Shown: positions 9,864 through 18,565 of the stretch, piece after piece
Layout of the letters: the number at the start of each line of letters is the position of its first letter
Position numbering within the stretch: the stretch's first letter is position 1
Source of the DNA: Deltaproteobacteria bacterium
GTDB lineage: Bacteria; Desulfobacterota; Desulfobacteria; Desulfobacterales; C00003060
Length of the DNA: 64,000 nucleotides
Assembly: GCA_003647275.1 (NCBI GenBank)
Contig: QMMN01000010.1
Span: 1,121 to 65,120, forward strand
Direction: 5' to 3'
Made by a program: the position numbers and the translations under genes
Notes under the pieces: model-generated
Told to the model about the DNA's origin: nothing
What the model saw: only the letters and a program-made list of their open reading frames with translations
The model's database searches: none

Positions 9864-10697
9864 ATGATCCTGTCGTTCCATCCGCGTGTCAAAGGAGATG
9901 TGAATCTCCGGCTGACCTTAAAAGGGTCCTTTTCGGACAAAGAGATCAGGCTGATTGGCTCAGCCCGCGCCATTGTGGTCACACAAAGCATTAAGGCCCA
10001 CCAATACGCATTCTGTCGAACCCATTGTGCCAATCTTTTCCCTGATTATACCTACCGATTTGGTTTTGAAGGAAAATACGGCAATATTCAGCTCTTGCGG
10101 ACATTCAATGCCCCCCATCCTAAAACCACCTGCTACGAATCAGTAGAAGACTTTAAGATTCGCCATTTCAAGAATCATGAGCCACTCATGTCGTTCCCCT
10201 TTGTGTTAAAAGGAGACCGGGGTGGCGGCGGCTGGGCGGTTTTCCTTATAAGAAACGAGCATGACCTCATAAGGCGGCTTAAGATCCTGGCCGATGAGTC
10301 CCTGCATGCGACCAAGCGTTTCATCGCCCAGACTTTTGTCCCTCACCGCGGAAGGGACCTGCGGGTGGTGGTTATTGGCAGGATCACGAAGGCCTACTGG
10401 CGGTGTCAGCACAAGCCGGGGGAGTTTCGAAATAATGTGGGCAGGGGTGCAGTGATCAATTATGACCTGGATCCTGAACTAAAAAACAAGGGAATAAAGT
10501 GTGTGCAGGATTTGTGCTCAAAGACAGGCATCAATTTGGCCGCCTTTGATGTGTTGTTTGACCGGAATCAACCGGAGCCAGAACCACTTCTTTCAGAGAT
10601 CAATTTTCTGTTTGGTCGTAAGGGCCTGGGGGGTTCTCCGCGTTTCTATGAACTCCTGAACCACGCCGTTCAACAATGGACAAGGGAACTGCGATAA
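9864..10697 (+). CDS. ATP-grasp family protein (RimK-like ligase fold)
   Basis: A 277 aa ORF with FVLKGDRGGGGWAVFLI, FIAQTFVP, GRDLRVVVIG and a FRNNVGRGA motif. Confidence 0.65.
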   Translation: MILSFHPRVKGDVNLRLTLKGSFSDKEIRLIGSARAIVVTQSIKAHQYAFCRTHCANLFPDYTYRFGFEGKYGNIQLLRTFNAPHPKTTCYESVEDFKIRHFKNHEPLMSFPFVLKGDRGGGGWAVFLIRNEHDLIRRLKILADESLHATKRFIAQTFVPHRGRDLRVVVIGRITKAYWRCQHKPGEFRNNVGRGAVINYDLDPELKNKGIKCVQDLCSKTGINLAAFDVLFDRNQPEPEPLLSEINFLFGRKGLGGSPRFYELLNHAVQQWTRELR

Positions 10698-10721
10698 CAG
10701 TAATCGTTGTCCATTCAGTGC

Positions 10722-11138
10722 CTACCCGTGCGCTTGATGAGATCCTCGATTCCTCATATAATCGTCCAGGGCCGCCTGTAAGGTCTCAGCAGCCAGGCTA
10801 GCACAATCCATATGGTCTCTGGGAAGACCACCCATGGATGCCTGGATAAGATCAGCGTCAATGGCCAGGATCTCATCCGGGGTTTTCCCCTTGGCAAGAT
10901 CTGCGGCAGCACAAACACAGTTTAGACTATAAACGCATCCATTGGTCTGGTAAGAGGTCTCTGCGACGCGATTTCCGGCAAATGTCAGGCGGATCTCCAT
11001 GGTGTCTCCACACCTTCCTGTCACACACGCTTTCCCGTCGGCCTTTTCTAAATGGGGATTCAGCCAGTAATAAACAAGAAACCATGCCACCACGATGACA
11101 ACAAGGACCCCGCCTGCAATAAGCATATTTGAGCACAT
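10722..11138 (-). CDS. membrane-anchored NifU/IscU-like Fe-S scaffold protein
   Basis: An N-terminal TM helix is followed by IscU-type motifs (CGDTMEI, NGCVYS, HMDCASLAAETL). ATG 11138 overlaps the apbE TAA by 1 nt; the longer ORF to 11198 would overlap apbE by 60 nt. Confidence 0.65.
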   Translation of the reverse strand: MCSNMLIAGGVLVVIVVAWFLVYYWLNPHLEKADGKACVTGRCGDTMEIRLTFAGNRVAETSYQTNGCVYSLNCVCAAADLAKGKTPDEILAIDADLIQASMGGLPRDHMDCASLAAETLQAALDDYMRNRGSHQAHG

Positions 11139-12178
11139 TAAGCCGAAGGCCACCCGTTCGACATAACTCTTGCCCCGGTGGAACTCAAGATCAGACATTC
11201 AGTCCCTGGCACATTTTCTATAAATTTCTTGCCCGCTAAGGGCCCTAAAACAAAACCTGTTGTGGAAAGGGCATCGGCATCCATCGTATTACCAGCCAGG
11301 ACGGTCACACTGGTGCTTTCAAGCGGCGAACGGCCTGTTTCCGGGTTTACAATATGATGGTATAGCTTTTCCTGATCAAAATAGACCTCGTAGTTACCGG
11401 AAGTGGCAATGGCGCCATTCACCATGGTGATGGTGTCAACATAGGGGCCTTCCTTATCGGGATTTTGAATCGCCACCTTCCACGGGATCCTGCTATCCTT
11501 ACCGCCAATGGCTCGAATATCCCCGCCAGCATTAATCAACGCATGTTTCATTCCATGTCGTTCGATCACCTTGGCTCCACAATCAATGATGTACCCCTTG
11601 GCGATTCCATCTAAGGTAACACCCATTCCGTCTTTGGCAAACCGAATGGTATGCCCATCGAACCGGATCTGACTGGCATCTACCAGGTCAAGGACCTTGG
11701 CTAATTCGGCCTCGGACGGAGGGGCCTGATGAGTCGCAAAGTGCGCCTTATAGAAATCAACCAGCGGCTTTACGGTGATGTCAAAGGCACCGTTGCTGGC
11801 CTTATGAAAATAGAGCGAACGGGCAATGACCTCTGACACTTCCAGGGGAAGGTCGGAGATATAGCCGTCCCGGTTGAGCATTCCAATGGCCGAAGCTGAC
11901 TGGTAACGATTCACCAACCGGGCAACCCGATCCATCTCTTCAAAGGCCATCCCGATCACCTCTTCGGCCTCGGCCTTTGAGGGGTGCATCACGGTAATCG
12001 CTGCAAAGGTCCCCATGGAAAGCCGCGCCCTGGTTACTTTATACAGTTTTCTGTTGAAGGCCACACTCTCTGAAACCGGCATCAAGCCACCAAAGGCAAA
12101 TCCCATACCAAGAATGCCTGAGTATTTCAGAAAGGTTCTTCGGTCCATGGTTCGATGGTTTTCTTCTTGAGCATACAT
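11138..12178 (-). CDS. apbE: FAD:protein FMN transferase (flavin-trafficking protein)
   Basis: Tat-type signal (DRRTFLKYSGILGMGFAFG) plus ApbE motifs (LDGIAKGY, ATSGNYE). A GGGGGA RBS precedes ATG 12178. Confidence 0.85.
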   Translation of the reverse strand: MYAQEENHRTMDRRTFLKYSGILGMGFAFGGLMPVSESVAFNRKLYKVTRARLSMGTFAAITVMHPSKAEAEEVIGMAFEEMDRVARLVNRYQSASAIGMLNRDGYISDLPLEVSEVIARSLYFHKASNGAFDITVKPLVDFYKAHFATHQAPPSEAELAKVLDLVDASQIRFDGHTIRFAKDGMGVTLDGIAKGYIIDCGAKVIERHGMKHALINAGGDIRAIGGKDSRIPWKVAIQNPDKEGPYVDTITMVNGAIATSGNYEVYFDQEKLYHHIVNPETGRSPLESTSVTVLAGNTMDADALSTTGFVLGPLAGKKFIENVPGTECLILSSTGARVMSNGWPSA

Positions 12179-12202
12179 AGATTATCCCCCACTTCGTAAC
12201 TG

Positions 12203-12317
12203 TTCAGGAGGTAAGGAATACTGCTGACAAGGATAACAGCATACCTCTTACGAAAGGCATTGGATGCCGGCGGGTCTGCTGCAGGCGGATTCCTTACCCC
12301 AGATACTGAACGATTAC
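12203..12317 (-). repeat. structured intercistronic repeat, type X, copy A (between rnfB and apbE)
   Basis: Four blocks are shared with 16966..17096 (22/25, 13/13, 14/15 and 25/27 nt). The GGGGTAAGGAAT and ATTCCTTACCTCC arms can pair. Confidence 0.75.
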
Positions 12318-12324
12318 CCCACTT

Positions 12325-13194
12325 TTAAGAAGCTACGGCTTCTTTTGCCTTTTCCATCCTTTCCTCAAGGTGGAATGGTTGCACGACATGGATTATATCG
12401 CAGGCCTCTATACAGATTTCCTTGCAAGCAGGTCCGTATTCCATGCATTTGTTCTGGTCGATGGTTACCACACCATCCACCTCAGAGATCGCATTGGCCG
12501 GGCATTCCCTGATGCAGGCCCCACAATGAATACACCCGTTCTCGCAGATGGTTCGCGTGACTTTACGGCTATCCTTGGTGCTGCACCGGATCAGTACCCG
12601 GGCGTTCCTGGGGACCAAGCTGATAATCCCTTTAGGGCAGGTCTTGACACATATGCCGCAGCCTACACAGAGATCTTTCGTGATAACCGGGAAATTGTCC
12701 ACCATGGTGATCGCGTCAAAGGGACAAGCTTTGGCACATTCCCCAAATCCAACGCAGCCGTACTGGCACTCCATGGGACCGGCAAAGGCCAGATCCGCTC
12801 CAGAGCACGCCCCATAGCCGATATAGTTATATTTTTTGTGTACGTGTCCCTGGACCCTGGAGCAGTGGACAGCGGCTACGAGGTCCTCGACGGCGCCTGG
12901 TTTCTTTCCCGTAATTTCAGCCACGGCATCAGCCACTTCCTTTTTGCCAGGAAAACAGAGATTTGGTGGAACATCTGGTTCGGTCACCACAGCTTCGGCG
13001 TATGCTTCACACCCGGGGAAGCCGCACCCGCCTCATTGCGCCCCGGCCAGGGTCTCCTTCACCTCTTCAATCTTGGGATTAATTTCCACCGCAAATTTAT
13101 GGGCGGCCAGGGCAAGCCCAATACCAAAGAACAGGCCGATAACGCCGAGGACGGTCAAGCCACCAAGGGCTAATTTGACTAATGCTGGATCCAT
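12325..13194 (-). CDS. rnfB: Rnf complex subunit B with in-frame TGA (13033-13035) at a conserved Cys position; putative selenoprotein
   Basis: ATG 13194 with a GGAAGGGA RBS opens MDPALVKLALGGLTVLGVIGLFFGIGLALAAHKFAVEINPKIEEVKETLAGAQ. This is followed by TGA and then, in frame, GGCGFPGCEAYAEAVVTEPD... running into ORF 12325..12990, which carries several 4Fe-4S ferredoxin motifs. Confidence 0.7.
12990..13024 (-). other. candidate bacterial SECIS-like hairpin downstream of the rnfB UGA
   Basis: An imperfect hairpin starts 9 nt after the UGA. The outer stem is CGGCUUC/GAAGCUG and the inner stem is GGGUGU/AUACGCC with a bulge, folded by eye. Confidence 0.3.
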
Positions 13195-13216
13195 ATACGT
13201 TCCCTTCCTTGTTTAA

Positions 13217-14176
13217 TCAGAAAATCGACATGCCTGAAAAGCCCAGAAAGGCCAGGGCGAAAAGCCCTGCCACGACAAAAGCAATGGGCAGCCCTCTGAA
13301 CGTGGGCGGCACATTAGCCAGTTCCAGCTTTTCCCGTACAGAGGACATCAAAAACAGTGCGATCAAAAATCCTGTCCCGGCTCCGAGGGAAAGCATTAAG
13401 CTCTCCCATGCATTGTATTCGTTGTCTGCCAGTATCAGGGGAACCGCTATGATGATGCAGTTTGCAATGACAAGGACAAGGTACACTCCAAACGCCTTAA
13501 ATAAGGCAGGGTTGACCTTCCTTAAGATGGTATCCACCGCCTGGACTGAAAGGGAAACCAGTCCGATAAAGACAACCACCTGTAAGAAGTCGAGGTGGTA
13601 GGGTTTCAGGACAAACTGGTAGAGAAACCACGACATCATGGAGGCAAAGACAATAACAATCGTAAAGGTTATGCCCATTCCGACAGCCGTTGTCTTCTTC
13701 TGAGAAGTGCCGAAAAACACGCAAAGGCCTAGATACTTGGTAAAGACAAAGTTATTAATGATCATTGCCCCGATTAGAATAGAAAAGAGATACCCAAAAT
13801 AGAGCTTCTTCACCGTTAGGATCGCTGTCCCCTGGGACCTTCCTGCAGACATCATTTCTGTGACGGTTAAGATATGGGCTTGGTCCTGGTTCAGAGCATC
13901 TTCAAAGGTCAGGGTTACCGTTCTCTTATCAGGGCTCAGGGCGATGTCGGTAATTTTCAACAGGATGTCCGGGTCTTGTTTTTCGTAAACCGAATAGTTG
14001 GCCACATCTTTTGCCCAGGTCTCATCTACAGGCCCTGCAAAGGTCATCACAACCTTGTTTTTGTCCTTGAACGCGACCTTTTTGACAAAACGATGTTCTG
14101 TTGCACATCCGGTTAAAAGGAGTACCCATATAAAGAACGTACACACCAGTATATGATGCCGTCTATCCATTCTCAT
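13217..14176 (-). CDS. rnfA: Rnf complex subunit A with an N-terminal lipoprotein-type extension of about 125 aa
   Basis: The C-terminal 190 aa or so is canonical RnfA (INNFVFTKYLGLCVFFG..., AFVVAGLFALAFLGF). The N-terminus has a signal plus lipobox (LLLTGC) and a beta-rich domain. ATGA overlap with rnfE. Confidence 0.8.
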   Translation of the reverse strand: MRMDRRHHILVCTFFIWVLLLTGCATEHRFVKKVAFKDKNKVVMTFAGPVDETWAKDVANYSVYEKQDPDILLKITDIALSPDKRTVTLTFEDALNQDQAHILTVTEMMSAGRSQGTAILTVKKLYFGYLFSILIGAMIINNFVFTKYLGLCVFFGTSQKKTTAVGMGITFTIVIVFASMMSWFLYQFVLKPYHLDFLQVVVFIGLVSLSVQAVDTILRKVNPALFKAFGVYLVLVIANCIIIAVPLILADNEYNAWESLMLSLGAGTGFLIALFLMSSVREKLELANVPPTFRGLPIAFVVAGLFALAFLGFSGMSIF

Positions 14177-14793
14177 AACCCTTTTTTCCTTCGGTTATAA
14201 ACGACTTCTATATAGTTGAACATCGCCATCATGAGGCCAACCAAAAAGAACCCTGCGGCCGGGAGGGCAAAGAAAAGGAGCGGTCGGAAACCGAGGATAT
14301 CATACCCTAAGAGCGTGCCCATCCCCAAAAGCTCCCGGACAAAACCGAGGGTCATCATCGCAAACATAAACCCGAGTCCCATGCCAAGACCGTCCCAGAA
14401 GGAGGCGGTGACCGTATTCTTGCAGGCAAACATCTCCAAACGCATGGTAATAATCGCAAAGGCTACGATTAACTTTACAAAGATACCCATGGCCTTATAT
14501 GCCACCGGGACATAGGCGGCCAAAACCAGGTCGATCACCGTGACCCATGTGGCGATGGTCAGCGTATAAGTGGGGATCCGGATACGGGGGTGAATGTAAT
14601 CCTTAATGAGTGCGATGGTACAACTCGAAAAAACCTGTACGAAAAGGACGGCGATCCCAAGGAGGAGGCCGTTCATAACGCTTGTGCTGATCCCCACAGC
14701 CGGGCACATCGAAAGGGCCAAACGGAAGATCGGGTTCTCATTTAGGATGCCGTTAACAAACAGTTCTTTGTTCGTCTTAGTTGTAGGTGCCAA
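14173..14793 (-). CDS. rnfE: Rnf complex subunit E
   Basis: RnfE/NqrD family (NGILNENPIFRLALSMCPAVGIST). TTG 14793 with an AGGGAG RBS is preferred; the GTG-initiated ORF to 14847 would run into a repeat element. Confidence 0.8.
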   Translation of the reverse strand: MAPTTKTNKELFVNGILNENPIFRLALSMCPAVGISTSVMNGLLLGIAVLFVQVFSSCTIALIKDYIHPRIRIPTYTLTIATWVTVIDLVLAAYVPVAYKAMGIFVKLIVAFAIITMRLEMFACKNTVTASFWDGLGMGLGFMFAMMTLGFVRELLGMGTLLGYDILGFRPLLFFALPAAGFFLVGLMMAMFNYIEVVYNRRKKGL

Positions 14794-14822
14794 TCTCTTT
14801 CTCCCTGCACGAAGTCTACGTT

Positions 14823-14950
14823 GTGAAGCCTCCCTGTGTTTCTGCACAGGGGCCCTGCCTTACGGCAGTGCTTTGGCGTCCGGGGAGCAAGCCGGTCAAA
14901 ACTGATAGGCCTTTCGGTTCGCAGAGGCGTGAGTCACCCCGGACAGTGAA
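14823..14950. repeat. hairpin-rich intergenic repeat, type Y, copy 1 (between rnfG and rnfE)
   Basis: GTGAAGCC, then hairpin CCCTGTG/CACAGGG, then CTGCC-TTAC-GGCAG, then GCGTCCGGGGAGCAAGCCGGTCAA. This is shared with 49053.., 51587.. and, inverted, 26533... Confidence 0.7.
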
Positions 14951-14959
14951 ACCTTTATA

Positions 14960-15874
14960 CTAAAAGGTTACTGCAATATGTTGACTTGCGATCACCTTGT
15001 TCAGCTTACCCATGCGGTATGCAAACTTTTTTATGATATTTTTAACACCATTTGTCACCGACCTACTGGAGATGGTCGCCCCGGTTAGGGCATAGATATC
15101 ATGGTCTTGATATTTGCTCCGTATGCTTTCAATCTCTTGTTCGGAAAACATGCCTTTTTTCCATTTCTTTGTCTCCAGGTATCTTTTATACTTATCCGGG
15201 AGGGGTTCCTTGATAACTTTGAGCCTCTTCACCTTCTCAAAGGACTTTCCTTTAAACTGATTCTTAAAATATTCCTGTTCGATCTCAGCACCCAGCCCTG
15301 GGTCTTCCTCGTGTTCCATGATCTCCAGGCCAAGGATTTTGAAGTTTGGATCCAAGGCCAACATGACCGAGATGAATGTCTTGAAACCAGGAAATTCACC
15401 AGGAAGCAGGTAGGCCAATTGCTTATCCCCCAGCCTGGCAATGATCGTGGTATCAGCGTAGGTAAAGGTCTTTGGATGCCTTAGCACTGTTTTCAAGGCC
15501 GTCTCACGTTCTCCTTCTTCAATAGCTGCTTCGGGTGAGATGGGCACCTCAAGCTTCTCTACGAATTTCCCTGCCAGGTTAATCACCACCAACTCGTAAC
15601 CCTCTGTAGCCCCCTTTTTTACGGGGACCATGTATCCGATGTACTTCGCCTCTCCATCTTCAATAATATAGCGGTATACGCTATGAAACCTAAGGTCTGA
15701 AGGAGCGGGATTGGCCTTGGTGTATCCCAGCAAAGCAAGCATGGTCTCCTGCACATTTAGATGTTCGTTGTGCTTCTTAGCTTTGGCAGTTATGGTAAAG
15801 ACCAGCCCCATGATTGAACCAGCAATCAGACAAGAAATGGTCAGGCCTATGGTAATTCGTAGGATCTGCTTCAT
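14960..15874 (-). CDS. rnfG: Rnf complex subunit G (FMN-binding), longer than usual (304 aa)
   Basis: N-terminal TM helix and the FMN_bind motif ALTGATISSRSV. ATGA overlap with rnfD. Confidence 0.82.
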   Translation of the reverse strand: MKQILRITIGLTISCLIAGSIMGLVFTITAKAKKHNEHLNVQETMLALLGYTKANPAPSDLRFHSVYRYIIEDGEAKYIGYMVPVKKGATEGYELVVINLAGKFVEKLEVPISPEAAIEEGERETALKTVLRHPKTFTYADTTIIARLGDKQLAYLLPGEFPGFKTFISVMLALDPNFKILGLEIMEHEEDPGLGAEIEQEYFKNQFKGKSFEKVKRLKVIKEPLPDKYKRYLETKKWKKGMFSEQEIESIRSKYQDHDIYALTGATISSRSVTNGVKNIIKKFAYRMGKLNKVIASQHIAVTF

Positions 15875-16938
15875 TTTTGAGCACCTTCTTGTGGTTGCGG
15901 GGCAAAACGTCTGGGTTTAAACCATTGGTCTATGGCAGGCGTCAGGGTGTTCATCAGCAAGATGGCATAACAAACCCCTTCCGGATAGCCTCCCTTCAAC
16001 CGGATCAGAACGGTCAGGGCGCCGATCCCGGCTCCAAAGAATAATTGGCCTGCCTTCTGGTTGGGAGATGTGACGTAATCGGTGGCCATGAAAAAGGCTC
16101 CCAGTATCACGCCTCCTGACAGCACAGCCAACAAGGGGTTGCCTGTAAAGAGTTTTTCACCGCCGAAAACCCAGGTAAAAAAACCAACAGACACAATGAC
16201 TGATACCGGGATATGCCAGGTGATGTATTTCTTATAAATCAGAAAAAGTCCGCCAATAATAAGCAAAAAGGCGGAAGTCTCACCAATACAGCCGGGTCTC
16301 CAACCAATAAAGAAATTGCCGTAGATAGAAGCCAATGACCCAAATTTTTCAATCACCGCCCCAATGCCGTAATGCTTTAGGACATAAAGCGGCGTGGCGG
16401 TCGTGATGGCATCAACCCCGGTTCCCATGTATTTGAAAATCGAGGCGTCCCGAATGGGTAGGAGCCAGGCCGACGTCATGGCCACCGGATATGTGGCAAC
16501 CAGAAAGGCCCGACCAATAAGGGCAGGATTGAATATGTTAAATCCAATGCCACCCATGAGAACCTTTGTCACAAAGATGGCCATGACCGCACCCAGGATA
16601 GGCATCCAGTAGGGCACGCCAGGCGGGATGATGTAGGCCAGCAGGACCCCTGTAATCACTGCGCTGCCATCTTTGACTGTAACAGGACGATGCAAAAGCT
16701 TCTGAGATATCGCCTCGGTTGCAACGCAGCTTGCCACACTGATGACAGTGATGATTAGCGTTTGGAAACCAAAGATGAAAACAGACAAAATAAGCGGCGG
16801 CATCAAGCAGGCCACAACCGTCCACATGATCTTGTTAATGGTTTCCGCGCTTTTGACATGCGGCGAAACCGACACAAACAAGCGAGCTGGCTTCTCTACT
16901 TCTGTTATAGCGGTTGTTTCAGTTTGTGTTTCCACCAT
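15871..16938 (-). CDS. rnfD: Rnf complex subunit D
   Basis: Polytopic NqrB/RnfD family protein (GGVILGAFFMATDYVTSP) with an AGAGGA RBS. Confidence 0.88.
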   Translation of the reverse strand: MVETQTETTAITEVEKPARLFVSVSPHVKSAETINKIMWTVVACLMPPLILSVFIFGFQTLIITVISVASCVATEAISQKLLHRPVTVKDGSAVITGVLLAYIIPPGVPYWMPILGAVMAIFVTKVLMGGIGFNIFNPALIGRAFLVATYPVAMTSAWLLPIRDASIFKYMGTGVDAITTATPLYVLKHYGIGAVIEKFGSLASIYGNFFIGWRPGCIGETSAFLLIIGGLFLIYKKYITWHIPVSVIVSVGFFTWVFGGEKLFTGNPLLAVLSGGVILGAFFMATDYVTSPNQKAGQLFFGAGIGALTVLIRLKGGYPEGVCYAILLMNTLTPAIDQWFKPRRFAPQPQEGAQK

Positions 16939-16965
16939 CCTGGTCCTCTTGTTATTTCATAGCTC

Positions 16966-17096
16966 TTCAGGGAGTAAGGAATACCGCTGAACGTAGGCAT
17001 CCAGTCCCATTTCCAGCAAGGATAACAGCCCAGCGACTAAAGACATTGGATGCTGAGGAGAAGTGGTTGTCCTTACCCCAGATGCTAAACGATTAC
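16966..17096 (-). repeat. structured intercistronic repeat, type X, copy B (between rnfC and rnfD)
   Basis: Homologous to 12203..12317 and begins 1 nt after the rnfC stop. It carries a 25-nt insertion that can pair internally (GCATCCA/TGGATGC). Confidence 0.75.
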
Positions 17097-17097
17097 G

Positions 17098-18519
17098 TTA
17101 TTTCTTTTTGGATTCCCTGATCTTCATCTTGGCCAGCCTTATAAATTGCACCAAAGGCCTCTTTGCGGGGCACACAAAGGCGCACGAGCCACACTCAAAA
17201 CAATCATCAATGCCAAATTGTTCTGTCTCGGCACCACGTCCTGCCTCCACATAGATGCCAATATTGTTTGGCTCAAGCCCCATGGGACAGGCCTCAAGGC
17301 AAAATCCGCATCGAATACAAGGATAATAAGACTCGGTGTCGACCTCATCTTTTGTGAGGAAAAGCACCCCCGAGGTGGTCTTGGTTATGGGGATATCGAA
17401 GGTGGAGACCGAAAATCCCATCATTGGGCCGCCGATGACTACCTTGACAAGGTCTGGCGTGGTTCCCCCTAAATAGTCCACGATATCGGCAAGGCTTGTT
17501 CCCACCTTCACCATGAGATTTGCTGGCCGCTTGATCCCCTTGCCAGCAATGGTGACCACTCTTTCGTAAAATGGTTTACCAAAAGCGACCGCATCGTAAA
17601 TCGCCTTTGTGGTGTATACGTTTTGAACAATGATACCAATTGCTGAGGAGCGCGCACCTGCAGGCCGCACCCGGCCGGTTAGACTCTGCATGATCTGGTC
17701 TGCAGACCCCTGAGGATATTTGACTTTAAGGGGCTTTACAGCAATTTTGTAACCATTTTTCGACGTGTCTTGAGCAATGGCCCGATTTAAAGCCTCTATG
17801 GCATCGGGCTTGTTGTTCTCAATGCCAATGGCGCAATAGTCGATGCCAAGAATCTTCAAAATGATCTTGGCCCCTTCGATAATATCATGGGGATGTTCGA
17901 CCATGATGCGGTGATCACTGGTCAGATATGGCTCACACTCCGCTCCATTCAATATCAGGGTATCGACCTTGACATCTGGCCCAAGGGTAAGTTTAGCATG
18001 AGCAGGGAACCCGGCACCGCCCAACCCAACGATTCCAGCATCTTTGATCCTGGCAATAAGCTCTTCTCTGGAAAACTTCTTCCAGTCTACCGAAGAATAC
18101 GACCTTGGCTCCGCCTCTGGATCCGCAGAAATTACCAGGGCAGGCGCCTTTCCCACCATGGGATGCTGGACATTCTCAACACCCTCCAGCGTACCGCTCA
18201 AACTGGCATGGAGGTTTGCACCCAGGCCCTTCTCAACGGATCCGACTAGATCCCCCTCGAAGACCTTGTCCTTTTTCTTGACCAAAAGCTGGTAGAGATC
18301 CCCTGCATGTCGCTTCAAAAAAAGACGCTCCTCTGAAGGCGTCGTCATGACCCTTTTCTTGACCGAAACTCGGCAGGGCGCTCCTGCGTGTTGCTTCAAA
18401 AATAGGCGCACTTGCGAGGGAGGCGGCATGACCTCCACAGGAAGCTTTTCGGTCAGTTCCTTGGATTCTTTGGGGTGGATGCCCCCTTTTGGGAATGTCG
18501 CCAATGTCTCAGCAGCCAT
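17098..18519 (-). CDS. rnfC: Rnf complex subunit C
   Basis: GLGGAGFPAHAK and two 4Fe-4S motifs (CIRCGFCLEACP, CFECGSCAFVCP), with an AGGGAGAG RBS. The N-terminus contains a tandem duplication of about 26 aa. Confidence 0.88.
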   Translation of the reverse strand: MAAETLATFPKGGIHPKESKELTEKLPVEVMPPPSQVRLFLKQHAGAPCRVSVKKRVMTTPSEERLFLKRHAGDLYQLLVKKKDKVFEGDLVGSVEKGLGANLHASLSGTLEGVENVQHPMVGKAPALVISADPEAEPRSYSSVDWKKFSREELIARIKDAGIVGLGGAGFPAHAKLTLGPDVKVDTLILNGAECEPYLTSDHRIMVEHPHDIIEGAKIILKILGIDYCAIGIENNKPDAIEALNRAIAQDTSKNGYKIAVKPLKVKYPQGSADQIMQSLTGRVRPAGARSSAIGIIVQNVYTTKAIYDAVAFGKPFYERVVTIAGKGIKRPANLMVKVGTSLADIVDYLGGTTPDLVKVVIGGPMMGFSVSTFDIPITKTTSGVLFLTKDEVDTESYYPCIRCGFCLEACPMGLEPNNIGIYVEAGRGAETEQFGIDDCFECGSCAFVCPAKRPLVQFIRLAKMKIRESKKK

Positions 18520-18565
18520 AAACTCTCCCTTGTAAAGATGGGGTCATAGCACACGTATAGGCACT

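Noticed and set aside
9575-9994. Two same-frame ORFs joined by a TGA (9764-9766), considered as a second selenoprotein candidate.
   Set aside because: Neither half resembles any protein family, there is no conserved Cys context at the TGA, and the region is most likely non-coding spacer upstream of the ATP-grasp gene.
12370-13173. A 267-aa plus-strand ORF, together with ORFs 12548..12817 and 12836..13216.
   Set aside because: They are antisense shadows of rnfB, show no motifs, and the opposite strand carries multiple ferredoxin Cys motifs.
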